NCBI GenBank assembly: GCA_963777955.1 | Contig: CAVZSQ010000022.1 | Coordinates: 416,001 to 480,000 of the forward strand | From: Calditrichia bacterium | GTDB taxonomy: Bacteria > Calditrichota > Calditrichia > JAJRVZ01 | Length of the DNA: 64,000 nt | Direction: 5' to 3' | Part shown: piece after piece, positions 1 through 10,474 of the stretch | Position numbering within the stretch: position 1 is the stretch's first letter | Layout: every line of letters starts with the position of its first letter | Position numbers and translations under genes: made by a program | Notes under the pieces: model-generated | The model's input: the letters and a program-made list of their open reading frames with translations, nothing else | Databases searched by the model: none | What the model was told of the DNA's origin: nothing

Positions 1-855
1 ATCGGGCAGGTTCCAGTAATCAGCCATATCCTTGGTCAAGACCTGCATCTGGATACCCAGCCAGCTTTTTCCGCCGCCTTCCTTCTGAGTGACCAGTTGC
101 GGAGGATTTTCGATCAATGGGATAAAATAACGTGCAGGTAATATTTCGGCTATTTCATTTTCAACCAGCAAATCGGCACTTTCAAAATTTTCGTCAATTC
201 TGGTGGAAAAACTGCTGCGGGAGATGATTCCGATTGCCCGGCCTTTTTTGTCAATGACCAATCCGCCCGGAGACAGAGGATTCACAGTTATTCCGCTTAA
301 CAATTTTTGCTGGGAATGGTCAAGAATGCCGTTAATGAAGCCGGGTGAAATAAAGATTTCATTATCATACCGGCCGTCGAGATGCTGGATGAGGTACAGC
401 GGATCGCCTGGTCCATATGGTTGCCCGGCCGTAAAAGTGATCGGTGCCGGTAATGCTGTTAATTCGTCAACCTGGATAAAGGCCAGACGCAATTCTTCAT
501 CCTTGCCGACGAAGTGTGCTTTTATTTTTTTCTCCCGGCTGAATGATACGGTGATATCTTCAGGCGGTTTTTGCAGATTGCTAAAGGTATTGTTACCAGC
601 GACAATATCCAGATTCACCGGGTAAATCATATCGGAAGTTATAACCAGGCCGCTGCTGCCGACCAGGATACCGGTGATTTTGTGCTTGAGCCGTGCTTCG
701 TCCTTGATATCCCTGTACTCTGACTGTGCTTGAAAATATTCAACCAGGCAGATGCTTTGCTTGAGTTTATTTATATTATCTGGCCACTGGGCCTGCAGGA
801 CCGGGTTAGCCAGAAGCAGGGAGCAATAAATTAAGGTGCGGTGGAAAAGTGACAT
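1..855 (-). CDS. HtrA/DegP-like trypsin-fold + PDZ protein, catalytic triad degenerate (runs off window start)
   Basis: Not in the ORF track. Manual translation from ATG at 855 gives MSLFHRTLIYCSLLLANPVLQA (signal peptide)...TGILVGSSGLVITSD...NPLSPGGLVIDKKGRAIGII...KSWLGIQMQVLTKDMADYWNLPD (PDZ start). Open to position 1. Confidence 0.75.
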   Translation of the reverse strand, partial: MSLFHRTLIYCSLLLANPVLQAQWPDNINKLKQSICLVEYFQAQSEYRDIKDEARLKHKITGILVGSSGLVITSDMIYPVNLDIVAGNNTFSNLQKPPEDITVSFSREKKIKAHFVGKDEELRLAFIQVDELTALPAPITFTAGQPYGPGDPLYLIQHLDGRYDNEIFISPGFINGILDHSQQKLLSGITVNPLSPGGLVIDKKGRAIGIISRSSFSTRIDENFESADLLVENEIAEILPARYFIPLIENPPQLVTQKEGGGKSWLGIQMQVLTKDMADYWNLPD

Positions 856-860
856 TCCTG

Positions 861-2201
861 TTATTTCTCCTTGAGCAGGGCGTACCGCGTAGTATTCCGG
901 TAATATAGTTTCAGCATGATGCCTTTTGCCGGTATACTCTTTTTCTGTGCGTCATAGATCTTTTTAAGATCATCCAGATTCAATATGCTATCCTGGTCTA
1001 TCTGTGTTATTATCTGGCCACGATATGCTTCTGCCTCATCGGCCAGGCTGCCGTTGAGTACACCGCTGATCAGGACACCTGTTTCATCGGGAAGATTAAG
1101 ATTGCGGGCAATGCGCGGGGTGATCTCCTTGACCGAAAGACCCCACCGTTCGCAAATAAATTCATTGCCATCGAATTTACCACGCTGGGAAGTGTTGAGG
1201 ATAATCTCCTTCGTGCTGCTGCCGCGCTGCAATGAAAAACCTACGGCAGATCCAACCGGAATTTCCGCAATGAACTTACGCACCCTGGGCAGTTCTTCTT
1301 TATAGACAGCACTGACGGGTGTATGATTGATCTGATATACCAGATCACCTGCCTGCAGTCCGGCTTTTTCGGCAGGTGAACCTTTTTCCACATATGATAA
1401 TAACACACCTTCGAGTTTAGGCTGATTTTTATAGTTCCTGTACTCTTTGATTTCCTGCCACTCGGTTCCGATCCATGATCTTTCCACCATTTTATCTTTT
1501 AAAATCCGCTCGATTACCAGTTTGGCAGTATTGATTGGAATGGCAAAACCAAGATTTTCTCCAAAGAAGATAGCCCGGGCATTGATACCGATTACTTCGC
1601 CGCGGAGATTCACCAGGGGGCCTCCGCTGTTGCCCGGATTAATGGCCGCATCGGTCTGGATCCACAGGTTAAACGGCGAAAGCATCTGTTCGGTATCTTC
1701 GAAGTAACGGTCGATCGAGGAAATAACACCCATGGAAAGAGAACGGCTTAAACCCAGCGGGGAACCAAGCGCCAGAACAATCTCACCCACAGCCAGACTG
1801 TCGCTATCCCCGAAGCGGGCATAGGGTATGGATTTTGATGATAATTTTGACAGATCAAGTTGTAATACCGCCAGATCGGTCAGAGCATCCAGGCCGATCA
1901 CTTCGGCCGGCACTTCTTCGCGGTTGGCCAGGGTACATTTGACCTGGTTGGCTTTCTCGGCCACATGATTGTTGGTCAGCACATGGCCCTGCGCATCGAT
2001 GATAATCCCGGAACCGGTGACCTGAACTTTAACCTTTTTACCGGCGTCATAGAATTCTTTTACCGGCTCGATATGGACCAGCGCCGGCAGTACTTTATTT
2101 TTTGCTTTGAGGATCTGGTTTTGCAGATTATCAGCAGCCAAGACCGGAAGCAGATCGAGAGCTACTATAATAATTACGAAATTTTTGAAAGATATATTCA
2201 T
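861..2201 (-). CDS. htrA: HtrA/DegP/DegQ family periplasmic serine protease with two PDZ domains
   Basis: GSGIII, LTNNHV (His), DLAVL (Asp), IQTDAAINPGNSGGPL (Ser), two PDZ-like segments. Likely start MNISF at 2201. Confidence 0.92.
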   Translation of the reverse strand: MNISFKNFVIIIVALDLLPVLAADNLQNQILKAKNKVLPALVHIEPVKEFYDAGKKVKVQVTGSGIIIDAQGHVLTNNHVAEKANQVKCTLANREEVPAEVIGLDALTDLAVLQLDLSKLSSKSIPYARFGDSDSLAVGEIVLALGSPLGLSRSLSMGVISSIDRYFEDTEQMLSPFNLWIQTDAAINPGNSGGPLVNLRGEVIGINARAIFFGENLGFAIPINTAKLVIERILKDKMVERSWIGTEWQEIKEYRNYKNQPKLEGVLLSYVEKGSPAEKAGLQAGDLVYQINHTPVSAVYKEELPRVRKFIAEIPVGSAVGFSLQRGSSTKEIILNTSQRGKFDGNEFICERWGLSVKEITPRIARNLNLPDETGVLISGVLNGSLADEAEAYRGQIITQIDQDSILNLDDLKKIYDAQKKSIPAKGIMLKLYYRNTTRYALLKEK

Positions 2202-2252
2202 AATAATGAGTAGATCTCTTGCCCCAAACAATAGTTAAATAAAGAATAATTA

Positions 2253-2353
2253 AGATTTCTCATCCCGATCCGGCGGGTACCGGACGGGATTCGAAATGAC
2301 ATCCTTTTTCTGTCATTCCGAGCGAACCCGCGAAGCAGGTGAGTGAGGAATCT
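2253..2353. repeat. Nested palindromic intergenic element (REP-like, GTCATTCCGAGCGA...GAGGAATCT type)
   Basis: AGATTTCTC...GAGGAATCT outer arms, CGAAATGACA/TGTCATTCCG inner arms and an ATCCCG...CGGGAT hairpin, between divergent genes. Confidence 0.65.
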
Positions 2354-2512
2354 ATTAATCATCGAATATCTCTCACTGACCGTGTACAATTTATACTAAT
2401 TTGAATTTCAATCAAAGTATTTTAAAAGAGTTATGGACAAGGTATATCTTTAATCAATAAATTCCGGCAGTGATTAAAAATTATTCTGGTTGACAGACCG
2501 GAGGAAAGAATT

Positions 2513-4315
2513 ATGAAGTATATATACACTGTTATTACCTGCCTGATCCTGTTATCTGTGGCACTGGCCGGTCCGCTGCAGCGGCCGGAGGATAAAAGCC
2601 AGATCGTAGCAGCGCGTCTGCTGCTGCCGCAGGATAAATTCCGGCGCCAGCAGAGTTTTACCATACTGATTGAAGTTGACCATCCAGGAAGGCTGGCATA
2701 TTAATTCGCACCAGCCGCTGGAAAAAAATCTGATTCCTACCGAAGCAGGTTTCCGGGAAATGCCGGGGATGACTTTCGGAAAAGTACATTACATGGAACC
2801 GGAGTTAAAAACATTTTCATTTTCCGAAACACAACTGTCGGTCTATGAGGGACAGATTTATTTTAAGGCGACTGTCACTGTCTCTCCGCAGGCGACCGAT
2901 TCTGTTTTACTGATCCGCGGTTATATTTATTACCAGGCCTGCAATGACGTTTCATGCCTGGCACCACAGACAGTTGAATTTTCACAAAATGTACCTCTGG
3001 CTGCCGATGCTGAAGCGGTACAGGCCAGGAATGAGCAATTATTTCGTATGACCTTGGCCTATTTTAAAGAAGAAGCAGTACGGGAAGGTGAACTTGAATT
3101 AGCCCGATTGGTCAGGGAAAGCGGTTGGGTATATACCCTGCTTTTTATTTTTATCGGCGGATTGGCCCTGAACCTGACACCGTGTGTCTATCCGCTGATT
3201 CCCATCACCATAAGTTATTTTGCCGGTCAGAGTACAGAACAGACGCCGCGGTCTGGTCGGACGTGCCGTGGTCTATGTTCTGGGCATGGCTATCACTTAT
3301 TCTGTACTGGGTCTGCTGGCCGCACTTACCGGGGAATTACTGGGCAGTGCACTGCAGAATCCGTGGGTCCTGATTTTTATTGCTGTGGTCCTGGTTGGCT
3401 CTGGCCCTGAGCATGTTTGGTTTGTATGAGATCCGCGTTCCGCAATCGCTGGCCTTACTGGGTGGAACAAATCGCAGCGGATATGTTGGTACACTGTTGA
3501 TGGGTCTGACCGTGGGATTGATCGCAGCGCCCTGCATCGGTCCATTTGTGCTGGGACTGCTCACCTATGTGGGTAATTTAGGAGATCCCTACATGGGTTT
3601 TCTGATGTTCTTTGTACTGGCGCTGGGACTGGGTACGCCCTTCCTGGTACTGGGTATTTTTTCCGGTGCAATCACCCGTTTGCCGCGCTCAGGGGCCTGG
3701 ATGGTCTGGGTGAGAAATTTATTCGGATTTGTCCTGATCGGCATGGCCATATATTTTTTACAACCGTTATTCCCGGGTGCAAAACTTTATCTGTACGTTC
3801 TGGCTTTACTGGTCAGCACTGGCGCGATCTATCTGGGCTGGCTGGATAGAAACAGAGGGGGTAAGATTTTTACTGTTCTGCGGAATGTTGTAGGGGTAAT
3901 TGGAATTTTGCTGGCCATCTGGTTGTTGCTGCCGGGAACAGGGGCTGCACAGACAAAAATTTCCTGGCAGGTTTATACGCCCGGGGTCATAGCGCAGGCT
4001 AAACAATCTAACCAGCCGGTAATCATTGATTTTTATGCCGATTGGTGTCTGCCCTGCAAAGAACTTGATAAGTTCACATTTTCAGATTCGCGGATTAATC
4101 AGGCTGCTGAGAATTTTGTCATGATCAAAGCTGATCTCACCAGTTTCGATTCGGCATCCGCCAATGAATTACGCACGATGTTTAATATCAAGGGGGTGCC
4201 AACTATTATTTTTCTGGCGAAGACCGGGAAAGAGATTAGCGAACTGCGTCTGGCCGGTTTTGAAGAGTCGGACAAATTTCTGCTGCGAATGAATAAAGCG
4301 GCTGTAACACAGTGA
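2513..4315 (+). CDS. dsbD: Thiol:disulfide interchange protein DsbD (N-domain, CcdA-type TM domain, thioredoxin domain), split by about 3 frameshifts
   Basis: Pieces 2513-2704, 2670-3410, 3220-3429 and 3380-4315 carry GWHINS, YQACNDVSC, LNLTPCVYPLIP, AAPCIGP and DFYADWCLPC in the expected order. Confidence 0.88.
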
Positions 4316-4360
4316 CCGAAGAGATTTAAAAGTTTGCGGGCTCTTAGAACTTAAACTAAT

Positions 4361-4722
4361 TTATTTGGCAAAACTGATTTTAAACTGCAGGTATTTTCCT
4401 TTTTCATGTATCTTTTCCAGTGTGGCTTTATAGGCTTTTAAGGCCTCGGTCAATTGATCACTTAAAGGCGGCAACTCAAGTTGATCGGTATACACCAGCA
4501 GACTTAACAGGAAATCGGCCATACGCAGGTCCAGTGAAATTTCCAGCGGTCGCTTGGCCACCTGGTTCAGATAATTTATAATATAATTGATGACTTTCAC
4601 CAGAGGTTTGGGATCGGCGGTATCAAAAACACATCCATCATCCAGAATAAGATTGGCGTTAAGGTTCTTAGTATCCTTGATCATATAGATTAATCTTTTT
4701 AAATCGACTGTATTTTCAGTCA
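4361..4722 (-). CDS. Hypothetical protein, possible degenerate stand-alone HATPase_c-like fold
   Basis: Clean ORF with GGAG RBS before MTENT. DTADPKPLVKVINYIINYL and EKGKYLQFKISF echo the N-box helix and last strands of histidine-kinase ATPase domains. Confidence 0.55.
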
Positions 4723-4941
4723 TAGTACACTCCGTGATCAATAAATGTATTGATTTTTTTCCGGTTCGCCGGCCAAAAATTGCCTAAAATACGATTGATC
4801 TTATTCAATGTGATCTAAAATAATTATGAAAGCAAAATTTAGCAAATTATAATTTGATCTTGTAACTTGAAATCGCGCTTTCTATATTTTAAACACGTAT
4901 TCGTTTTTAGCCATCGTTTGAGCAAAGCTGGAACTCCAACA

Positions 4942-5451
4942 ATGATTTTCAGATCGTTAATTGTTACTATATTGATCAGTTTCTTCCTGGCCGGCTGCGA
5001 CCACGGACTGGAACCACCTAAAGAAAACCAACGGACAGCCATCAGCGGTACAATTACTTACCAAAACTGGCCGACGGCTGACAGTTTGAAAGACCTGCGG
5101 CTGGTCGCCTTTAAAGAATATCCGCCGCTGGACATTTTTTTCGAGATCACCAGCGGGCAGGCTGTGGTCTATCCGCCGATTGCGGCTGCTGCCGGCCTGC
5201 CGATGAATAATATTGAATATTATAGTTATATAATGGATCTTCCGGCCGGGAACTATGCCTACCTGGTTGTCGCCCAGTTGTACGGCAACAATATTACTGC
5301 GGACTGGCGTGCGGTAGGCCAGTATGACACCACCGGCAGCGGTCTGGATTCTATTCCTACAGCAATCATATTGACAGAAAATCAGGTTCTGGATAGTATT
5401 GATATTCATGTCGATTTTCATAATCTGCCGTATCAGCCGTTTGGGCAATAA
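4942..5451 (+). CDS. Hypothetical lipoprotein
   Basis: MIFRSLIVTILISFFLAGC lipobox, then a beta-rich ISGTITY domain. Lies upstream of a TonB-dependent receptor. Confidence 0.7.
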   Translation: MIFRSLIVTILISFFLAGCDHGLEPPKENQRTAISGTITYQNWPTADSLKDLRLVAFKEYPPLDIFFEITSGQAVVYPPIAAAAGLPMNNIEYYSYIMDLPAGNYAYLVVAQLYGNNITADWRAVGQYDTTGSGLDSIPTAIILTENQVLDSIDIHVDFHNLPYQPFGQ

Positions 5452-5453
5452 TC

Positions 5454-5527
5454 AAGAGACAGAGGGACAGAGAGACAAAGAGACAAAGGGACAAAGAGAC
5501 AAAGAGACAAAGAGACAAAGAGACAAA
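5454..5527 (+). repeat. Degenerate 8-bp tandem array (AGAGACAA/AGGGACAG), about 9 units
   Basis: aagagac agagggac agagagac aaagagac aaagggac aaagagac aaagagac aaagagac aaagagac, starting just after the lipoprotein stop. Confidence 0.9.
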
Positions 5528-5570
5528 AAAAAGATTATATTAAGAATATTTAATAATCAAGATTGTTTTT

Positions 5571-5597
5571 GTAGGGGCGCGGTAGCCGCGCCCCTAA
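5571..5597. repeat. GTAG-type REP palindrome
   Basis: GTAGGGGCGCGG-TAG-CCGCGCCCCTAA perfect hairpin. Confidence 0.7.
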
Positions 5598-5644
5598 TGC
5601 AGTGAGTATCGAATATTTTCAGATTCTGAATAAAATATAATTAA

Positions 5645-7825
5645 ATGACAACCAAAATCCGTATTCTATTTTTTCTAATCATTTTTGTTCCGGCAATCGC
5701 CCATGCCCAACCCGCCACCATCAGCGGGCGGCTTGCCGACCAGGATTCCAATCCTGTAGCCGGGGCTAATATAGTTCTGAAGGGAACGGTTCTCGGCGCC
5801 GCCAGTAATGAAGAAGGTGTCTTCCGGATTATCAATGTTCCTCCAGGCGAATTTCAATTGATCATAACTGTAATCGGTTATAAACAGGAATCCATCTCCG
5901 TACAGACTATAGCCGGTCAACATACGGAGATCGGCACCATAACACTTGCCGAAGTTGCGCTCAGTGCAGAACCCACCTTAATCACCGCCGGGCGGTATGA
6001 ACAGAAACTACAGGATATTCCGGCCAGCGTAGGTACCGTTTCCCGCCAGGAGATACAGAGCCGCAATACCATCACGATCGATAAGGCCTTACAGTATGTA
6101 CCGGGCCTTAATCTCAACCAGTCGCAATTGAACATACGCGGTTCGACAGGTTACAGCCGCGGGGTGGGCAGCCGGGTGATCATGCTGGTGGATGGTATGC
6201 CTTACCTGACCGGCGATACCCAGGAAATGATCTTCAGTGCTTTGCAGATGAATCAGATCGAGCGGATCGAGATTGTTAAAGGGGCAGGCTCGGCCTTATA
6301 TGGTTCCAGTGCCATGGGTGGGGTAGTGAACGTAATTACCAAGGATATTGCCGCTGAACCTCAGGGCAACCTGAGATTTTATGGCGGATTTTATTCTGAG
6401 CCTTATTATCCGCAATGGAAATGGACCGATCAGCGGAAGTACATGAAAGGTTTAAGTGTTAATTATTCGGCAAAAACGGGAATGCTGGGCTATATGCTGG
6501 CAGCAAATACCGATCAGGATGATAGTTATAAACAGAATGACTGGTTTAAACGTTACCAGGCCGGAGGTAAACTGCAATTCACCCTGTCACCGTATCAGCG
6601 TCTGGTAATCGCCGGAAATTATATGACTCAAAAACGGGGGAATTTTTTGTACTGGCAGGACCTGGCCCATGCTTTGATCCCGCCTGATGATCAGGTGGAT
6701 GACCGGGTGAAGTCGACGCGTTACCACCTGAATGCCGCTTATCAGCATGTGCTGGATGAGCAGAGATTTTATACAGCCCGGGTGATCTGGTTTGACAATC
6801 ATTTCGAGGATACCATCGAGGGTGCGGACGATCACCAGGGCAACAAGTCCACTTCTGATTTTCTGAACGGGGAATTCCAGTATAATCTGCAATATAAGAA
6901 TCAGCAGTGGATAGGCGGAATAGCGCTGACCTATAACCAGGTTCAGGCTAATTTATTCGGTGATCAGAGCGGTCGGGGTGCCGCCTGTTTTGTTCAGGAT
7001 GAAATAAAATGGAATCCGGCATTTTCCACTACCATCGGCTTGCGCTTTGATTATTTCGATGTGGATTCTCTCCGCGTGGAGTACAGATTCAATCCGAAAT
7101 TTGGATTGGTTTATAAACCCTGGCCGGGAACAGCGTTGCGTTCTTCGCTGGGCAGCAGTTTTCGTGCTCCCTCGATTGCCGAAGCCTTTACTTCCACTTC
7201 GGCCGGAGGATTAAGAGTCATACCCAATTTAAATCTGGATCCGGAAGAGAGTTGGTCCGCTGAACTGGGTCTGAATCAATTCCTGGGTCAACAGTTGTTT
7301 TTTGATCTGGCTCTGTTTTATTCACGGATCTGGGATTTAATCGAAGGAAAATTTGTTGAATCGGGTGATGTGCAATTCACCAATATCACCGATGCCCGCA
7401 TTGTCGGCGGGGAAATCGCATTCAACTGGGAAGTGATTAAAGATTGGCTTAACTGGCGCAGCGGTTATACCTACTGCGATCCCTGGGATTTAAGCCAGCA
7501 GAAATATCTGACCTACCGGCCCCGGCATATTTTTTATAACAACGTCACCGTACAATACCATCGTATTCAATTGAATATCGATTACCGCTTCCTCAGCCGC
7601 TATGACCAGATTGATGCTACTTTTGCCCTGATCATTCCTGATGCCGGGAAACGGGTACCCGTACATATCGTCGATTTACGCCTGTTAGTGCCCTTTAGCC
7701 TGGCCGGAATGAACCTGGAATCATCCCTGCAGATCAATAATATTTTTCAATATAATTATGTCGATCTGATCGGCTCCATCGCACCCTCCCGCAATTTTAT
7801 TCTGACAATGAATATTTCCTTCTAG
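5645..7825 (+). CDS. TonB-dependent outer membrane receptor with N-terminal carboxypeptidase-regulatory-like domain
   Basis: Signal peptide, ISGRLAD...GANIVLKGT, plug motif IERIEIVKGAGSALYGSSAMGGVVNVIT, NLDPEES, terminal Phe. Confidence 0.92.
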   Translation: MTTKIRILFFLIIFVPAIAHAQPATISGRLADQDSNPVAGANIVLKGTVLGAASNEEGVFRIINVPPGEFQLIITVIGYKQESISVQTIAGQHTEIGTITLAEVALSAEPTLITAGRYEQKLQDIPASVGTVSRQEIQSRNTITIDKALQYVPGLNLNQSQLNIRGSTGYSRGVGSRVIMLVDGMPYLTGDTQEMIFSALQMNQIERIEIVKGAGSALYGSSAMGGVVNVITKDIAAEPQGNLRFYGGFYSEPYYPQWKWTDQRKYMKGLSVNYSAKTGMLGYMLAANTDQDDSYKQNDWFKRYQAGGKLQFTLSPYQRLVIAGNYMTQKRGNFLYWQDLAHALIPPDDQVDDRVKSTRYHLNAAYQHVLDEQRFYTARVIWFDNHFEDTIEGADDHQGNKSTSDFLNGEFQYNLQYKNQQWIGGIALTYNQVQANLFGDQSGRGAACFVQDEIKWNPAFSTTIGLRFDYFDVDSLRVEYRFNPKFGLVYKPWPGTALRSSLGSSFRAPSIAEAFTSTSAGGLRVIPNLNLDPEESWSAELGLNQFLGQQLFFDLALFYSRIWDLIEGKFVESGDVQFTNITDARIVGGEIAFNWEVIKDWLNWRSGYTYCDPWDLSQQKYLTYRPRHIFYNNVTVQYHRIQLNIDYRFLSRYDQIDATFALIIPDAGKRVPVHIVDLRLLVPFSLAGMNLESSLQINNIFQYNYVDLIGSIAPSRNFILTMNISF

Positions 7826-7845
7826 AACAGAATTATAAGATAATT

Positions 7846-9031
7846 TTGGATCAATTTATTCTGAACCTGCTGCAAAAACAAAAACGTAGAATAATAGGAT
7901 TACGTTCGGGCAATTCGGGTAACGGATTTGAATTAGTCGTTTTAGAAATAAGCGGCAGCGGGCTCAATACAAAATTCAAGATCTTGTATACCGGTCACCA
8001 GGTTTATCCACCCCGGCAAAAACAGTTTTTAGTACAGCTCCGGGATCCCCGGCAGCATAAGCCTCAATTAATCAAGCGGATTAATTCAGATCTGACCCGT
8101 AGCTGGGCTGAAACGATAAATGAAATGCTTACCAGGACTGCCGGTCCCAGCGCAACGATTGATGTAATCGGTCTGCTGGGCACGACTGTAAAATCCGCAG
8201 CAGCCGGACTGAATTCAGCCGCTGCAGTTGGGCGATCCGGATTTGCTGGCTCAGTTGACCGGTATAACTACCATCGCTGATTTTTATCAGGCAGGCCTGG
8301 CGGCAGCCGGCGGGCAGGGCAGGCCGCTGCTGCCATATATCGACTGGCTCCTTTTCTCACATTTGAAAAAAAATATACTGCTGGTGAATATCGGCGACCT
8401 GACCAGTTGTACTTATATCCCGGCCGATGGAGATAAATTAAAAATCCGGGCATTCGATACCGGTCCGGGCAACGGTTTACTGGATCAGTTAATGCAGCGA
8501 TTATATGAATTGCCGTTTGACCGGGACGGGGCGAAAGCCGGGTTGGGTCATTTTTCAGAGAAACTGTCCGGTTATTTACAGCAACTGGATAATTTTCCTG
8601 AACAATCTCCTGCCGAGTCATCCGTCCGGGATCAATATGGAACCGGTTTTGTCCTGTCTCTATTGCGGCAGGCCCTGCGCTGGCGAATCCCCGAACCTGA
8701 TGTAATGCATACGGCGAGCCGTTATATCAGTTTCAGAGTCTGGAAAACATGTCACGATTTTGTGCCCCGGAATCTGCAGGAAGTGGTGTTGTGCGGCAGC
8801 GGCAGTCATAATACTTTTATCCGGCAATTGTTCCGTGAATATTTTCAGCCGGTGCCGGTCAGACGGAGCAGTGATTATGATCTGCCGGAAGATTTCAGAG
8901 AGGCGATTGGTGCTGCAATACTGGCTAATGAATCAATTCAGGGTATTCCGGCCAATTTAGCAGGGCTGACCGGTGCAAGCAAAGAGGTAATATCAGGGAG
9001 GATCTGCCCGGTCAATGAAAACCGGATTTAA
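7846..9031 (+). CDS. anmK: Anhydro-N-acetylmuramic acid kinase (AnmK)-like protein, divergent motifs, frameshift near 8220
   Basis: IIGLRSGNS, GDPDLLAQLTGITTIADF, AGGQGRPL, AFDTGPGN, CGSGSHN, REAIGAA, NLAGLTGA, spread across two frames. Confidence 0.72.
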
Positions 9032-9072
9032 CATTAACTGTAATAAAAATAATTACCAAAGCACAATTTATC

Positions 9073-9101
9073 TTGACTTTATTCTAATTGTATTTTATGT
9101 T
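9073..9101 (+). promoter_or_regulatory. Putative sigma70-type promoter for the fadL-like operon
   Basis: TTGACT-17 nt-TATGTT about 100 nt upstream of GGAGG/ATG 9200. Confidence 0.45.
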
Positions 9102-9199
9102 TTACCGCACATTCGCGTTAATTTACCGACCCATTTTAATCTTTAGCATTGTAACTAAACAAATAGCAGGTAAGGTTATTTAATTTAGCAGGAGGATTT

Positions 9200-10456
9200 A
9201 TGCACAAAAAGTTGATGGTAGGGATTTTTATACTTCTGGTTAGTGTGTCCCTGGTCTTTGGTGATGGTTTTTCTATTTATGAACATGGAGCGAAGAGCAT
9301 GGCGTTATGCGGGGCTTTCACTGCCCAGGCAGATGATGCTACGGCTGTATTTTTTAATCCCGCCGGTATCACTCAATTAAGCGGGTGGAATTTTGCTTTC
9401 ACCGGGACCTATATTATTCCCAAGGCATCTTTCACCGGACCGCTTTCGGTGGATCCAAATCTGTATCAGGAAGCCAAAGCCTGGAATTTCTTTGTTCCAA
9501 GTCTTTATGCTACCTACGCCTACACCGAAGATCTTAGTTTTGGTCTTGGTTTTTTTGTCCCTTTTGGGCTCGGTACTGACTGGGGTGAAAATTGGGTGGG
9601 CAAAAGTCTGGCCACAAAATCTGAAGTTCAGACATATTTTTTCAATTTGAATGTTGCTTATCGTATCCTTCCGGGTCTATCGCTGGCTGCCGGCGTCGAT
9701 TACGTTATGTCCAATATCACATTAAACCGGCAGGCTTTATTTACACCACGTGACATGTGGGGTTCAGTGGAATTGACAGGCGATGCTGCCAGCAGCTGGG
9801 GATATAATGCGGCACTCCATTATCAGATAAATGAAATGCTATCCTTAGGCGCAAGTTTTCGCAGTGAAGTAAAACTGGATATCGACGGTACGGCCAAATT
9901 TGATTTTCCCTCGGTCAATCCAGTGGTCGATGCTGAAATTGCTGCTCTGTTTCCGGAAAGTAAAGGCAAAGCCGAGATCACTCTTCCTACTTTTCTGATT
10001 GTGGGAGCGGCTTTGAAACCGTTCGAAGCATTGACCGTGGAAGCGGACTGGTTCCTGATCGGCTGGAAGTCTTATGATGAACTGGCGGTCGACTTTGATA
10101 CTGAAACTGCTGCAGTCAAGGATGAATCTTCGCCTAAAAAATGGCACAATGGTTATAGCGTGCGTTTGGGCGCAGAATATCGCTGGAATGAAAAATTAGC
10201 TATACGCATGGGCGTCGATCGTGATCTTGATCCGGCTCCGGACAAGTATGTGGATCCATCACTACCCGGAGCAGATCGCTGGTTGTTCAGCATCGGTGCC
10301 GGATATAAACTTAATGAGAAAATGACAGTCGATGCCGGTTATATGTTCCTGAGCCAGGACGACCGCACGATTACGGATTCAGATATCGATTTCAACGGGA
10401 CCTACAAGAGTATTGCACATCTGATGACGCTCACTCTGAGTTATTCGCTTAAATAG
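9200..10456 (+). CDS. FadL/OmpP1/TodX family outer membrane channel
   Basis: Signal peptide followed by GFSIYEHGAKSMALCGA, ADDATAVFFNPAG, PFGLGTDW and PSLPGADR, all typical of the FadL family. Confidence 0.9.
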   Translation: MHKKLMVGIFILLVSVSLVFGDGFSIYEHGAKSMALCGAFTAQADDATAVFFNPAGITQLSGWNFAFTGTYIIPKASFTGPLSVDPNLYQEAKAWNFFVPSLYATYAYTEDLSFGLGFFVPFGLGTDWGENWVGKSLATKSEVQTYFFNLNVAYRILPGLSLAAGVDYVMSNITLNRQALFTPRDMWGSVELTGDAASSWGYNAALHYQINEMLSLGASFRSEVKLDIDGTAKFDFPSVNPVVDAEIAALFPESKGKAEITLPTFLIVGAALKPFEALTVEADWFLIGWKSYDELAVDFDTETAAVKDESSPKKWHNGYSVRLGAEYRWNEKLAIRMGVDRDLDPAPDKYVDPSLPGADRWLFSIGAGYKLNEKMTVDAGYMFLSQDDRTITDSDIDFNGTYKSIAHLMTLTLSYSLK

Positions 10457-10474
10457 AGAAAAAGGAGAGCTGCC

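Noticed and set aside
203..625. 140-aa + strand ORF
   Set aside because: Antisense shadow of the HtrA-like gene at 1-855 (-). The same applies to the many 60-230 aa antisense ORFs inside carB, feoB, pyrG, purD and others.
2198..2389. 63-aa - strand ORF upstream of htrA
   Set aside because: Runs through the palindromic repeat at 2253-2353 and is most likely spurious.
5399..5605. ORF with QRDKETK repeats
   Set aside because: Translation of the 8-mer DNA array and REP. No RBS, and it overlaps the lipoprotein end.
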